A DNA stretch of 64,000 nt from the NCBI RefSeq assembly GCF_009914755.1, contig NC_060925.1, one strand, 5' to 3'. Position 1 is the first letter of the stretch; the number at the start of each line of letters is the position of its first letter. Below, piece after piece: positions 29,682-42,200 of the stretch. The notes below the pieces were generated by a model. The model saw nothing but the letters and a program-made list of their open reading frames with translations. It was not told the origin of the DNA and searched no databases. This DNA is from the human T2T-CHM13v2.0 reference genome, Homo sapiens. The translations under genes and the position numbers were made by a program.

Positions 29682-31747
29682 CTACTCTGTGCAGGAGAGA
29701 TGCAAGCCCTGTTGCAGCCAGGCAGCCAGATACCCATGAGCTCTGCGTTTTCTTATTCCATGAAGGGTTGACTCCCACAGCAATGCCAACCTACCAATCC
29801 TACGACAGTGTCATTCATGTACACTCTCAGAGCTCTGAAGGCACCAAAAACCCAAGGGCGGCAAAGGCAGAATTCAAATTCCAGTCCCACTGGCTAAATG
29901 CTGACCACAAGCCCTGAATGTGGTCTCCTTGCAGGGCCACTATTGGCTTTCTTCTCTATGTCCCATCTCCACCAAGTCTTCAGCCCTTTATTCTTTAGCA
30001 TAGAGATTTTCTTTAAATAAAATCTTACTTTTCTCAGAAAATTCCAAACAAATTTGGAGAGAGAGGGGGAAAATAACCCTAGTTTCGCTTCTTATACCTG
30101 TCCCAAAATTTAGAATAGTTTTCCTTGTTTCCAGCACTTGTCGTTTTTCCAACTTTCCTAACACCCTCTTCCCGGGCCTGGCTCCAGAAACAAAGACAAG
30201 TGAAGGTGCTTGAGTATTCATTCCATTATACAGATGGAGAAACCGAGGTGCTGGGTAAGGGGCAGGAGCCAATTCTGCCAGAGCGTAACTAACCTCTTAT
30301 CTCCCTCCTGGGACCAGGGAACAAACGGAGGGTGAGCACCGGTCAACAGGTGAGAAATCTTTAGGAAGTGGGAAGGGCTACAAGTGTGAAGGCAGGCACT
30401 TAGTTCCTGTTTGATTCTTTGACACCAGGCTCTTCCTGACCATCTGCTCTCAACCATCTCAGTGGGGCCTAAACCTCCTGCAGGATTGTGCTGGGAGGGG
30501 CTTCCAGCTCCCCATGCAGTTCAGATCTTTCTCTCTAAGTCTGTGGGCCAAGAAAGCTGAAGAACTTGAAGAACTTGACCCCCTGTGGGTCACTCAGAGT
30601 GGGGCGGTAGACTCAAATTTTGTTCATTTACAGATAAACCTCAGGGGGTGGGGTGTTTGCCTTACAGAAAACCTCGTAGCCTGGGTTTTAATGTCACAGA
30701 GAGTGAAGGGACTTGTTAGAAAGTTTTAAGCAGCTGGAGTCAGGGTGGGGCATCAGTGTTGTCAGGGCACTGTGAAATCCCAGCCGGCCCTGCTCCTGGA
30801 AAACACCACTGCCCTAAAACATGGAGTGGAGACCTGGAACGAGAGCTTTGCTGACTCACGAGGGGCCTCCTGCCTGTGGACGGGGAAGGAGCCTGGGTCT
30901 TCCTGTCTGGCTTGGGCTGGGCTCCCGCTAAGAACGCTGTTCTCAGTGAAATTCAAAAAATTGGCTCTTCTCCTTCAGGTATTTTTGTTCCTCAGGAGAA
31001 AAAAATGGGAAACCGGGGAGCAGTCAGGGGAGGTGGGAGGTCAGAGGCCAACGTAATATTTACCCAGCCTAGCCGAGGCCTTTCACTTTTATGAAGCAGG
31101 AAACCACTTCAAAGCAGCAACATCCCCTCTTGCCACTTCTGTCTGCCCGCTGGTCCTGCTGCCTCTATAAGGCAAGGCAGGGCTTTTCTACACACCCCTT
31201 CCTCTGCTCCTGAACCTTCCACCCTCTCTCCCTTAAAGGGTGGAGCACACTGCCTGGCCGGCTGCTCCCTCTAACCCCTGCTCAAAGGTAAAAAGACCTG
31301 CCCATAGTCACAGAGCAATCACAATCCATAGGCTCCGCTGACATTCTGAGCTGTCCCTGGCGTGTTCTCGTTCACTCAGTGAGTTGTCTACCACTCTCAG
31401 AAGCACTGGGGTTACAGCTCCTCATCCAAAGCCCTGTTCCACCACCAGAGCAGAAGCGGAAATGACGGCTAGGAAAGGCTCTAGAGACTGGAATCTAGTG
31501 GTTCTTTACATTGTGGAGGGGGCAAGAACTCCTTCTCTTCAGAAATACAAGACTACACATACCCACATCATTCTTGAAGATATAGAATCTCCAAGGTTTC
31601 ACAGGCCTCTTGAAGCCCAAGTATGGCCCTAGCTCTGTGCTTCCCAGTGCAGGGGTCAGTTCCCTGACAGCATCACTGATGTGGCTCCCCCAGCCTCAGA
31701 CGAGGTGCAGGGAGAGCATGACCTTCCTTTATAGGATTAGAGACAGC

Positions 31748-31937
31748 CTTTGAGTTGAAATCTTCGTCCTTCTAACCTTTCTCCATTAGCATCCCTTACC
31801 CTCTTTATGGACAGAAAGCTTAAAGCAGAATGGCTACCTTCTCTTTGAGTTGAAATCTTCATCCTCCTAACCTTTCTCTATTAGTATCCCCCTACCCTCT
31901 TTATGGACAGAAAGCTTTAAAGAGATTGGCTCCTTCT
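31748..31937 (+). repeat. Tandem duplication, 2 x about 95 bp
   Basis: ctttgagttgaaatcttc...ctctttatggacagaaagctt...ggct(a)ccttct repeated head to tail at 31748 and 31843. Confidence 0.92.
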
Positions 31938-34900
31938 CCAGGTAGCAAGCACATGGCAGAGGCAGCCCGAGGAGTGGACAGCCAAGGTGTAGGGATAAAA
32001 TCCAAATCTTCCCTCTCAGGTCCTTCCATTTAATAACTTCATTCAGATAAGAGTAGATGCATAATAGCAGGATTCTGGACACTTAAATGTGAATGTGGAT
32101 GAGTAATAATATTTCCTGAGGCACCACACTGGCCTCTACACGCCAGCTCCAGAAGTACCAGAAAGGGATGCAATTTACATAGAATACAACACGAAAATCC
32201 TTGGGAGTGTGCACCCTGGAGTCCTTACTGTAGGATATTGACTAATAGAAAACAACTCCAGCGCTGTCCAGTTTAAAATCCTCAGAGAAGAACGAGGGGA
32301 AAACTGGGTAGGTACGGGTAGCTGTGAGAGGCTGGAGACTGCGAGAGCATTAAATAGTCATCCTTCTTCACAGGAAACTGTGAAGTTCTCCAGCACCTCT
32401 GAGTCTCTCCTGGAAATCTTCACCTCCCATGACTTAAAGCAAAGGCTTTGAGGAGCTGTCTGCTCTCACTTCCTCTGACCCCCTAGTACACACTGTTAAT
32501 GCCATTCTGCCTTTTACTAAAGGTATTTGGGGGTACTTGGCTATGCAATTTCTTCCTCCACTCCCTGAGTGTACTGTAAATGCCCTGAAGGTAAGATCTA
32601 TTACTTTTTCATCCTTGTATTAGGAGGGAGCTACCACATTCTTGGCACCACACAGGTGATCGATCCCTATTTATTTAAACTTAAATGAATTCCAATTCCC
32701 GCTTTCAGTGTCATCCTATTTGGTTCAGTGCAAAGGGTAAGAATCTCTCCTTCTTCTATCCCTCTATACTATGGTTGAGAGGGAGGCTGTTTAGACAGAA
32801 CAAGAGAAAGCCTGGGAGAACAACTCCTCCAAGAGGGCTGGGAGGTGCTAGGGTTCCTCTGTCAGAAGCTTCCGTCCTCTCAAAGCGTCGGAGAGAATAT
32901 GTGTGTTTTGCGGGGATCAGAGGAGACAGGCTCATTCACCAGCTCTTCACTCGGAGCCCTGGGATCCCTCCTCCTCTTCCCTCTGAAAGACAAGTTGAAC
33001 TTTCCAAGGGCAACTCTACTACCTTTTATCTTTCACCCTCAAAGTAATTTTAGCCAAAGAAAAGCAGAATTAAACTTTCATAACACGATACATTTATCTT
33101 GTTTTTCTTCTTTCTTTTCTCTATCCTCCCTTCCCCCTGCCCTGACGTCCAGGTACATCTGAGCTAAAGCAAACCAAGATGAACTATCAAGGGATGCTAT
33201 CAGATTGGAAGAGACGGGGCTAAGCTCTCTGGTCTCCTGCCCATCCCAATACTTCAATATTTTTCCATGCCCCTGTTAGGCAGTTATTATCTCCTTAGAT
33301 AAGAAAAGCCTCTGGACTCTGCTGTCTCTCAATATTGTCCTCTGCTGAAATGAAAGGGGGAATTATAATTCAGAGAAAGATTCCCACAGAGAATATGAAG
33401 AAAAAGATTAAATCAGCGATACAATGTTGACATGCATTCAGTTCCTGAAAGCTCTTTTAAAAAAAAGTCTCCTCAGGAGCAGTTTTGCTACTACCTGAGA
33501 GTCTCAAAAATCTGTATTTAGGGAGTTGGGAGATGGGAAGCATGTGAAGGCCCCTCGGGGTTGGGTCAGAAACTTCTGTTGCTGATAAGAACGGCAAGGG
33601 CCTTTTGGCGGGCCAGCCAGCAGATTGGACTCCCTGTTAAGTTGAGAATGCACTCCCTCCCTGCCACCCAGCCCTAGACGTGACCTGTTGGGGCAGGCCT
33701 CTCCGGAGTTGCTCACAACCCATGCATCCCAGCTTAATGCTGCAGGCGCCTTCTCATCCTCTGCAAACAGACAGAGGCCCAAAGGTCCCACTGGCAATAG
33801 GACCCTACCAGTTGTAGTCTCTGGGAAGTGACGGCTGGGAGTTTCGAATATATCTCATCTATTAATATTTTTTTTCTTCTAAAAAAAAAAAAAAGCACAA
33901 AAGCCACTGTTTTGGGCCAAGCCTGGCTTTCAAGAGTCCCCTCTAGTGGAGATAACCTGCTACTTCGGCTTCTCAGTTCAGCCCAGAGCCTCCCTGGCCA
34001 GTGAAGATTCAGAAAACCCCCTTCTGCCTGCAAGGCTCTCTTTCCCACTTTTCTCTTTGTGTTCACTCTGAGCTCTGTCCACCCCCATTCACACTGTTAA
34101 TCTCTCTGTCTTTATCTTCCCTTGCTGTCTTCCTCCCTCTCTCCATTTATCTGTGCCTGTGCCCACATCTTGACTTCTGTCTTTCCATGTGTGCCTTTGC
34201 TCCTGCATCTTGATCTACATCTTCCATCCACCTGCTGGTTTTCTTTGATGTTCAGGATTCCAGGTCTGACTTGTTAGGAATGCCTTGGTCAGGCCTTGGA
34301 CCACATGGACTCACTTCAAACGGCCAAAACAGCCACCCACAAGCCAGATCCACAGTGAGAAGCACTAGGAAAATCCTAGTGGTTATAGAGCTGTCTATAA
34401 CCTGAGCTCAGAGCTCCTGCTCCGAATCCTGTGTGAAGCCGGCTGCTCCCTTCAATAGATTCTCCCCACCTCTGTGCCTGCTTCCCAGTCTCTGACACAC
34501 GCCCTGCCCTGCAAACAACTGGCAATGCCTGGGTAAAGGGACAACTGGCAGTGCGTGGGAAGAGTATGCTGGGGTAGGGGAAGAAGGTGAGGAAGAGGTG
34601 AGTGGGGGTCAGTGGCTGAGCCTGGGGCTGTGGCAGGACAGTGGAGACACAGCAAATGTTAAGCTGGGGTGAAGGGGGGTATGGGGGAACACCTGCTGGT
34701 CCTCTGAGTTTCCCAGAGATATTCTTTCACCCAAGAGAGAGACAGAACCAGAGCAGGGAAGGCGGTTAATGGTTAACCAACTGTAGAAGCAGAGAACTTT
34801 TGCACTGCTCAGGCCTCAGCCATTTCTTTCAGCTCTGTGCCCTTCCTTCCTCCTCTCCCCTTACACTCTTACCCCGCAAGGACCCTGCTCCCCAACAAAG

Positions 34901-37900
34901 AACTTTCTCGCCTCTATTTATGCCCTCCAATTCCAGATGGAGCAGTGTGGAGCTAGATAAAGAGGTTCCATATGCCCAAATGCCAGGGAATGAGGCCCAG
35001 GAGAGCCTGAGGGCTAAGCCCAGGAGGACGGGGATATCCTCTTCTTACCAGCCATCCCTCCCTCGTGCCTTGAGACCAGCTGTTTGACCCTGGGAAGAAC
35101 TGCCTTTCTCTCTGTCTCCATAGGGCTCACCTTTAGAAATGACCGAAAAAGAAGTGGATGCACACCCACCCCTCATTTACTCTAATCAGGCATGAAATCT
35201 TTGTAACGAAGTGAAAAAACTGTTCAGGGAACTGGTTCCATTCATCATTGTTTGAACTGAGCATATGTGAAGGGTAGAAATAGAATATTCACATATAATG
35301 AATTGATAACAGACTGCCCCTGGGTGGGGCGGTGGTGATTGGGGCTGAGGGGGGAACGCACACGAGCTGTAAAACTCCCAGCACCTCAAAGCCTGTTTCT
35401 ACCAGTTTCCCTATGGACAGTCAGTCCTGAATTATTTCTAGTTAACAGACTGTAACACAATGCTCCAGTCTCTTTATGATCAGAATGGGGGTGGGGGGTG
35501 GGGGCTTGGCTAGGCGCTCCTTGCCTCTCCATTTGCCATGATGGACAGAAGTATATTGTGCCTCAGTTCGTGTGTGTGGAGACAGCTGTGTGGCAATGCA
35601 GGGAGACAGCTGGTGGTGGTGGGGAGGTGCTGCTGGAGACAGGAATTGCCTCCCCCACACCAAACCCTATATCTTAGGGAGGCAATCATAGAAAATGAGG
35701 TAGGATAGAAACTATAAAACCCCCAAACAGTGACAACTCCAGCACCATAAATATTTCATAGCACCTAAAGTGGTGAGTTTAGGCTGCTGTCAGCTGCTGC
35801 CTTGTATATTTAACCATGTCACTGGTTTCCCCTCCTGTTCCTATGTTTTCTTGTAACCTGCCCATGAAATAAAGATTAGCTGAGTAAGCAGAAGTATTGG
35901 TAAATGGGAAAGGGACCTAGGAAACAGGTAGCTGTTCTTTGAGGGCTTTCTTTTTAACCTCATTTTAAGTGCAGACTTCAGTAAAACAGATGGTGAAGGA
36001 ACTTTTACATTCACCGCATCTGCAGCTTTTGATGGTCAAGAGAATTGCAGGGTGAATGTTCCCTGGTGCTCTGAAGACAGGGATAGGTATTCAGACTAGC
36101 TCTGAAAGGGGGGCCACCAACCTTGTAATGACATGGTTTTGGGCGATGGACATAAGACACTGCCATACTCTTCATTTAGACTTGGGCTGAAAAGCTAGCC
36201 AGCCCCCCTGTCCTGCTCCAGGCTTTGAGGGACCCCTGTCCTTATGCCCTGCCAAAAAGAAGGACCAGCTGGGATTTCCTTGGCAGACTCATGGTCCCTG
36301 GATAGAGATCTCCTGGTACTTTACCACTGCTGCTCCTCAGCATCTTCCCTGCACATCGCTCCAAATGTCATTTCCATTTAACTGCTTTGCAAGCCAGTTT
36401 GCCCCCATCCTAATGCAATTTGCTGAGGACAGTGAGGGAGCAGAGAGGGTAATCTGCATTGCCCTCCCTTTATCAGCAGGTCCCTGAAGACGATCGGCTG
36501 CGGAGTGGAGGGAAATAGCTCCTTTAGGTAATGCTGGTTGGTGGCAGCAGGGGCAAGTTCTGGAATGAGGAGGGGTTGGTGGTGATGCCAGGTGGAAGAA
36601 GGGGAATGAAAAACAACCTCGCTATGACAGATTCCACTGTTTCCTTGGTTCCCTACCCTTTCTCTTCACTGCCCCTTCAGCCTCCAGGCCACCACCAAGG
36701 AGAGATCCCAGGTAATTAGTTCAAATGGTGCTCCGTGAAGAGAGAGGGAAGTTAATGAATTCTTCTCTTTTCTTGCCTGGAGGTCAGAGGGGAGAGGGCT
36801 GCAAGCAACTCTGGGAGCTTTCTGGGGTTATTGCATAAAAGTTGTGCATTTCAGTTAGGAATAGCTGAATTCCTCCAGCCAAGGTTATCTCTTCCTGGGG
36901 CTCTGTCAATCAGTAGAAGGCCCCAGAATCCAAAGCCAACCCAGAGGGAAGAGTGAAGTTTCAAGATCTGGGAAAGAAGCCCAGCAAAGGAGGGAGACTG
37001 CTATTGTGTGGGGAGAGGGGAGAGCTAAACCTGACTCCTGCTCTCAAAGCCTCCAGCCCAGGCCAGCCAAGATACTCATCTTGGCCTGCCGCTCATAAGC
37101 CTTGTCCACTGTGCGCGTGAATGGAAGGAAATGAATGTGCCCCCAAATTTCTGTGGGTTCTTCCAAACTGATGGGCCCCCAAGTGACTGCCTCAAGCTAT
37201 GACTGGCAGTCCCAGTCCCCTCAAACTGATGCTGCCTTCATGTCCCTTGTGCACTTTCTACTGGTGTGCCACTGTCACTCTAAGATTCCTACAGGGGACC
37301 TGTTCAGATTTCCATTGCCCACTTCATGGGGCTCTCATTTCTAGACCCTTACTGACCTAGAGCCCCAAATCTTTTATCCAACTTCCTCCCCACCATTATT
37401 TCTATCCCTCCTGAGCAGAGCTGAGTTTGAGTAGGTAGCTCCCACTAGGGCAAGGGTCATTCCAAACAGGTGGACTTTTTTCGGGGATCTAAAATGGTAG
37501 TTTCTGGTGACTCTCTGGGCATCTAGACCATGATTGGCATTATAGAGACTACCTGTGGGATGGATAAAAAGGGCTAGAATTTTCTAGGATCCCTACCTCA
37601 CTTGTGGGGTGGGGCAAGAAAGAGCACATGGAAGGAAACATTCTCAAATGGTTCATAAGGAGCCTCTGGGACCCTAAGCAAACTCCCATTTCAACCCCCA
37701 GCACTCCTGTGGTGCTCAAACTAAGGGGCTGGACCCCTGCTGGGCGATACACCGCAAAGGGAGCCCCGGGAGATGAAACACTTAGACCCATTCAGTGCCT
37801 AGGAATCTCTCCCTGAGCCTTATGGAACCCGCGCAAATGATGTTTTCCCATTCCCCTGATCTCCAGTCCCCGATCGGAAGGGAGAGCCGGCGGCCACCAG

Positions 37901-38368
37901 GGACCCCGGCACTGGAGTGAACGCCCCCAAATCGATCGCTGGCCAGTGTGGCTTTGGGCTGTCTCGCTGGTGCCACCGAGGCCCTCTTTGGGCTCCAGCT
38001 CTCAGGACAGCCTTGCCGCCCCGAGCTCCCCAAAGCCGCAGAGCGCCGGCAGGTGCGCGGTGGAGGCGCGCCGCGGAGCGCTGCTGCCGCCCTCAGCCCG
38101 CATTCGGGAAGCCGGCGGGCTGCCGGCCGGGAAGCCCTCGGCGGGAGGCAGCGGCTCCAGTGAGCCTGCGATCGCGCGCACGCCGCGCTCCAGCCCGCGA
38201 AAGTGGCCGAGCCCACGCGGGGACTCGCCCGCCGCGGCCAAGCCGGGTCTTCTGGGGCCGGGACCCCAAAGAGGCGGGCGCGGGAGAAGCCGCCACGGGT
38301 GTGCGCGCCTGTGGGGAGAGGGCGGAGGGCGCTGCCGACTCCGAGCGCCCGGCCCAGCCGCCGCTTAC

Positions 38369-39110
38369 CCAGCTCGGCGACGTCGGTCTGTCCTTCCGTC
38401 CCCGCTCGGTCTACCTCGGCCGCCGCCGGCTGCTGAGGGCGGCGCGAGGCCCCTCTCCCTGCCCGCAGCTCGGAATCAGGGAGACGACCAAATCCACATG
38501 GAGTCCAAATTCATTAAAATCCACGTCAAGCCACCAGACACTTATCTGTATTCCTGAAGTCGCTCCTCGGTCTCCGCTCCGCGCGCCCCTCAGTCCTCCG
38601 TCGCCCCGCAGCAGCCCGGCTGGGCGCTGTCGCCGGCTCTCAGGGGGCACCCGGAGGCGCCGAGGGGGCGTGTGGGGGCGGCCGGCGGTGTCTCTCCTGA
38701 GGAAGAAGCAGAGCCCCGGCTGTCTTCAGATTTTTCCAGCGCGACTTTCCGGGCTCCTCTGACATCAGCAATCCCGGCGCTTCCTTCCCTTCTTGCTCTC
38801 CGGTTCGTTCACAGTCCCATTTCCTCCGGGAGCCTGGCTTTCCAGATCTATTTCGAGGTTTGCTCCGCTGGCTGCGGCGCTCGCACGCCCTACCGCTCCC
38901 AAGCTCTCGGGGTCTCTCTCCGGATCGCTCGCCCTCTCGGCTGAAAAATTCCCAGCAACTGCCCTCCGCCGCCCTCCCGCTCCAGTCTGGCGCGGATGCC
39001 GCTCCTCCCGGCAGCTCTGGCTCCCGCGGTGGCGGCGGCGGCGGCGGCGGCGGCGGAGGAGCCCTGAGCGCCGGCCTCCCTATTTCACCATGCAGCTCAT
39101 TATCATAGAG
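38369..39110 (-). other. PLXNA2: Non-coding exon 1 (5'UTR) of PLXNA2; 5' end approximate
   Basis: Consensus donor TGG|gtaagc at 38369/38368 lies inside the only large CpG island upstream of exon 2. The TSS cannot be fixed from sequence alone. Confidence 0.8.
39031..39054 (+). repeat. (GGC)8 trinucleotide repeat, read as (GCC)8 in the 5'UTR
   Basis: ggt-(ggc)8-gga-gga read directly. Confidence 0.95.
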
Positions 39111-39197
39111 GCCGCGCGCGTTAACCCCCTCCCCGCCGGCCGCGTCCGCCCGGGCTGGGGCCGCGCCCGCTGCTGGCACCGCCCGCCACCGCCAGCA

Positions 39198-39217
39198 CCC
39201 TGCCCCCTCCCCCGCCC
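39198..39217 (-). promoter_or_regulatory. Potential G-quadruplex / SP-KLF-MAZ GC element just upstream of exon 1
   Basis: Minus strand GGG-C-GGGGG-A-GGGGG-CA-GGG: four G-runs with 1-2 nt loops. Confidence 0.6.
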
Positions 39218-42200
39218 GCGCGGACTTCCTCCTCCGCAAGCTGTCAACAAAGGAGAAGCAGGTTTGGCATCCGGAGGCCGCTCGGCTGCCTGTCCTGCGC
39301 CCAGCTCAGCCCGGACCCATCGGCCACCTTAAGTAGCCAAGGGGGCAAGGAAAATGCTGCCAGGGCCCGGGAATTCGAGTCGGGCCTTGCGAGCCCAGCT
39401 GGCTTGGCCCCCGGGGGAATAGAAGGTCTAGCGTTGGGGTTAGGGGGGAGCTCAGAACACAGGAAGAGTGGGTGAGGGCAGTAGGGACAGGGAATCCCCC
39501 CCATTCGCATCACCTGTCACCGCACACATCCTGCACACCTCCCTCTTCATCTGTAATTTGAGTGAGGGGTGAGTGGGGAGGAACGGGGCTTGTCTGGTAG
39601 GGTTGAGACTAGAGTCTTGGAATTTGTGGGAGCAAATTTCCTCTTCTTGTAAATTAAAAAAAGAAAAAGGCCAACAAGCTGTCAAATAAGGCTTGAAGTT
39701 GTTGTTATTATTATTATTGCAATGAGAAGATGAACCTTGCTCTGAATTGAATCTCAAACTTCCAGCCCTGATAGGGATCCTGGGCATCTGGTAAGTCCCG
39801 ACTTGCATGGGGGCATTGGGGACGGGAGAAGAGCTTTCTATATCCAATTCAGAGAATCTTTCTGGCAGGGTAATCAGAGGGGTGGCAATAAGATAACTTA
39901 TTTTAATAACCTAAGGTGAGAGGTTTCGGGATTCTGGATGACAATGTCTCGGTGCCCTCAAGGCCACTGATTCCTCGCCACACAGTCTCAGTAACTCCGC
40001 AGCCTCTAGACACGGCTTTCCGGAAGCGGCCTGCAAGCTGGACCCCAGCGAGTTCGCAGGATCTGCGTAGTCCCTGCTCGCGATTAGAGCGCACACGAGT
40101 TTACTCCTGTCCAAGTATTCTGATAAGCTTCCTCTACTGCCCTCTCGTGGCCACAGTCCTCAGTGGTATAAATCTAAAAAACAACAAAAATCACTGCGAA
40201 TACCTAAAAGCAATTGCACCAAATTCTTAGAGCAGTAGCGGCAGAAGAAACGAAGGGAGGGAAGGATGAAGAAAGGGAGCCGGAGAAAAGAGAGAGAGAG
40301 AGGAAGAAGAAAAGGAAATCTAGACTAACCAGTCATCTCGAACAATCGCACATTCAACACAGGACTGGGGGATCTAGGCTTTACTCCAACATCTGCAGAA
40401 ATCAGCGAATTCTTCAAAAGTTCTTCATTGTAATTAGCTGAAATTTGTGTTCCTGTAACTTTCACTGGCTACTGCTAGTTTTGTCCTGTGGGACCACAAA
40501 GAATCTGTCTAAGCTGTGTTGCCTGATCCATACCTGTTCTTTCCTTCAAACTTCTTTAGCATTCATTGTTGGTAACACACCAATAAATTATCATATTTAC
40601 CCTGTGTTATTATTTATTTATTTTTATAAGTAGATCTTGTCTCCCCATGCAGACAGACTAGTCGATCGTTTTATCTCTGGGTAGACTGAATCTAAACCAC
40701 AATTTATTAAAAAAGATGATTTGAAGAAGATGCTAGAAGATTTTGGAACACTTCCTCCATTTGTTCATGGAGTTTGGCCAGCTACACCTAAGACCAGCCG
40801 TGGTAGGATTGGAGATATCTAATTGATAAAGCTCCAAGCTGAAAATTAGGGCCCTCTGGTTCTAAATCAAGTGGTGTCTGACTCTGGAAGAGGTCACCTC
40901 TCTTCCCTATGCCTCAATTTAATCACACCTTGGGAAGATTATGATACAATTGAAATAATTTTCTCATATGCCACCCTCCACTCCTGTGGTCCAGAAATAA
41001 ATCTTAGAATGAAGAGCAAGGAAGCATAAAATGAAACAGACTCTTCCACTCACCCCATCTTTTATCCCCACACCTCCCCTCTCTTTCCTGAATAAAGGGA
41101 GAGAAAGAGGGAACACAGGCGGGAGGACACATTGTGGCTGACAGGGTGGCACGACGCCATCCAGATTCCACATTGCCACTGAACAGGGTCTAAGATCTGA
41201 GTCCTGTGAGACTATGGAAGAGCCTGTGGTCAGCATAGCAATGGAAAGAGCGCTAACTTGATCTACTGGGAGGTACAGTGGATGAAGTACCTCTAACTTC
41301 TCTAGGCCACAGTTTGTCCATCTGTAAGATGGGAATTTCTGTCTTCACTCTCCAGACAACTGGGGGAATTAAAATAGATATATGTAAGCGTGTTGGAAGA
41401 AGTAATAGTATCATCAAAATGGAAAGATTGTTGTTATATTTAGTCCTAATAGGCTAGAACAAATATGGATCTTATTAGCTAAACATCTAATTACCATAAC
41501 ATGCTCTGAGAATTTAAAAAAAAACCAAAACCTTGGGTTCATGGTTCGTATTTAGATTTGACATCCTCTGAGGCAACAGCGGTATACCTGAACCTCTAGT
41601 CTTTACATCTGCTCGTTAACCTTCTCCCTTTGATCTGGGTATTCATTCATTTATTACGCAAATATTTATGAAGAGCAAATTTACTAAATTTCTTCCTTTA
41701 ATGGAACTATATACAGTCCATAATTACTGCTTTGGCACATATTTTTAAAGAAAGCATGGCAATAACCCTACAGATTCTATAACCTCAGATCTATCTCTTT
41801 CTGAGGTTTCTGGTTTTCTTGTATGTTTCTGCCCTTCACTATATTCTTCCTCATTCTGTCCATCTGATATCAGGCCCACAGCCCCTTGGGACTGACCAGT
41901 CCTCTGTCAGGGCCTTGTAGTTCGTCCTCATTTCCATCTGGAAGGATAGATGTAGTGCAACATATTTGTGAGCAGGCTGTCGATATTTAACAAATATTTA
42001 TCAAATGAATGAACAAATGAATGAATGGGGAAATGTTTATCTTATGCCAAATCCTCATCATTGGAAAATCATAGCACACTCAACAGGGTTCTCCACTCAC
42101 CCCAACCTACCTACCTTCCCTAGTCAAGATATTCCTGGAACCTCACCTTGAAAGTCATTTGTCACTTCTGCATTCTTGTTCCAGGCCCCAGGCCTCTTCT

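Larger units (their letters stand above)
37830..39420. promoter_or_regulatory. PLXNA2: CpG island / PLXNA2 promoter
   Basis: Very high GC and CpG density (cgcgcg, gccgccg), GC-box-like cccgccc motifs, no TATA box seen. Confidence 0.93.

Noticed and set aside
37782-39332. Long ORFs (144-281 aa) on both strands of the CpG island
   Set aside because: Stop codons are depleted in GC-rich DNA; the products are low-complexity Arg/Pro/Gly/Ala, mostly from non-ATG starts.
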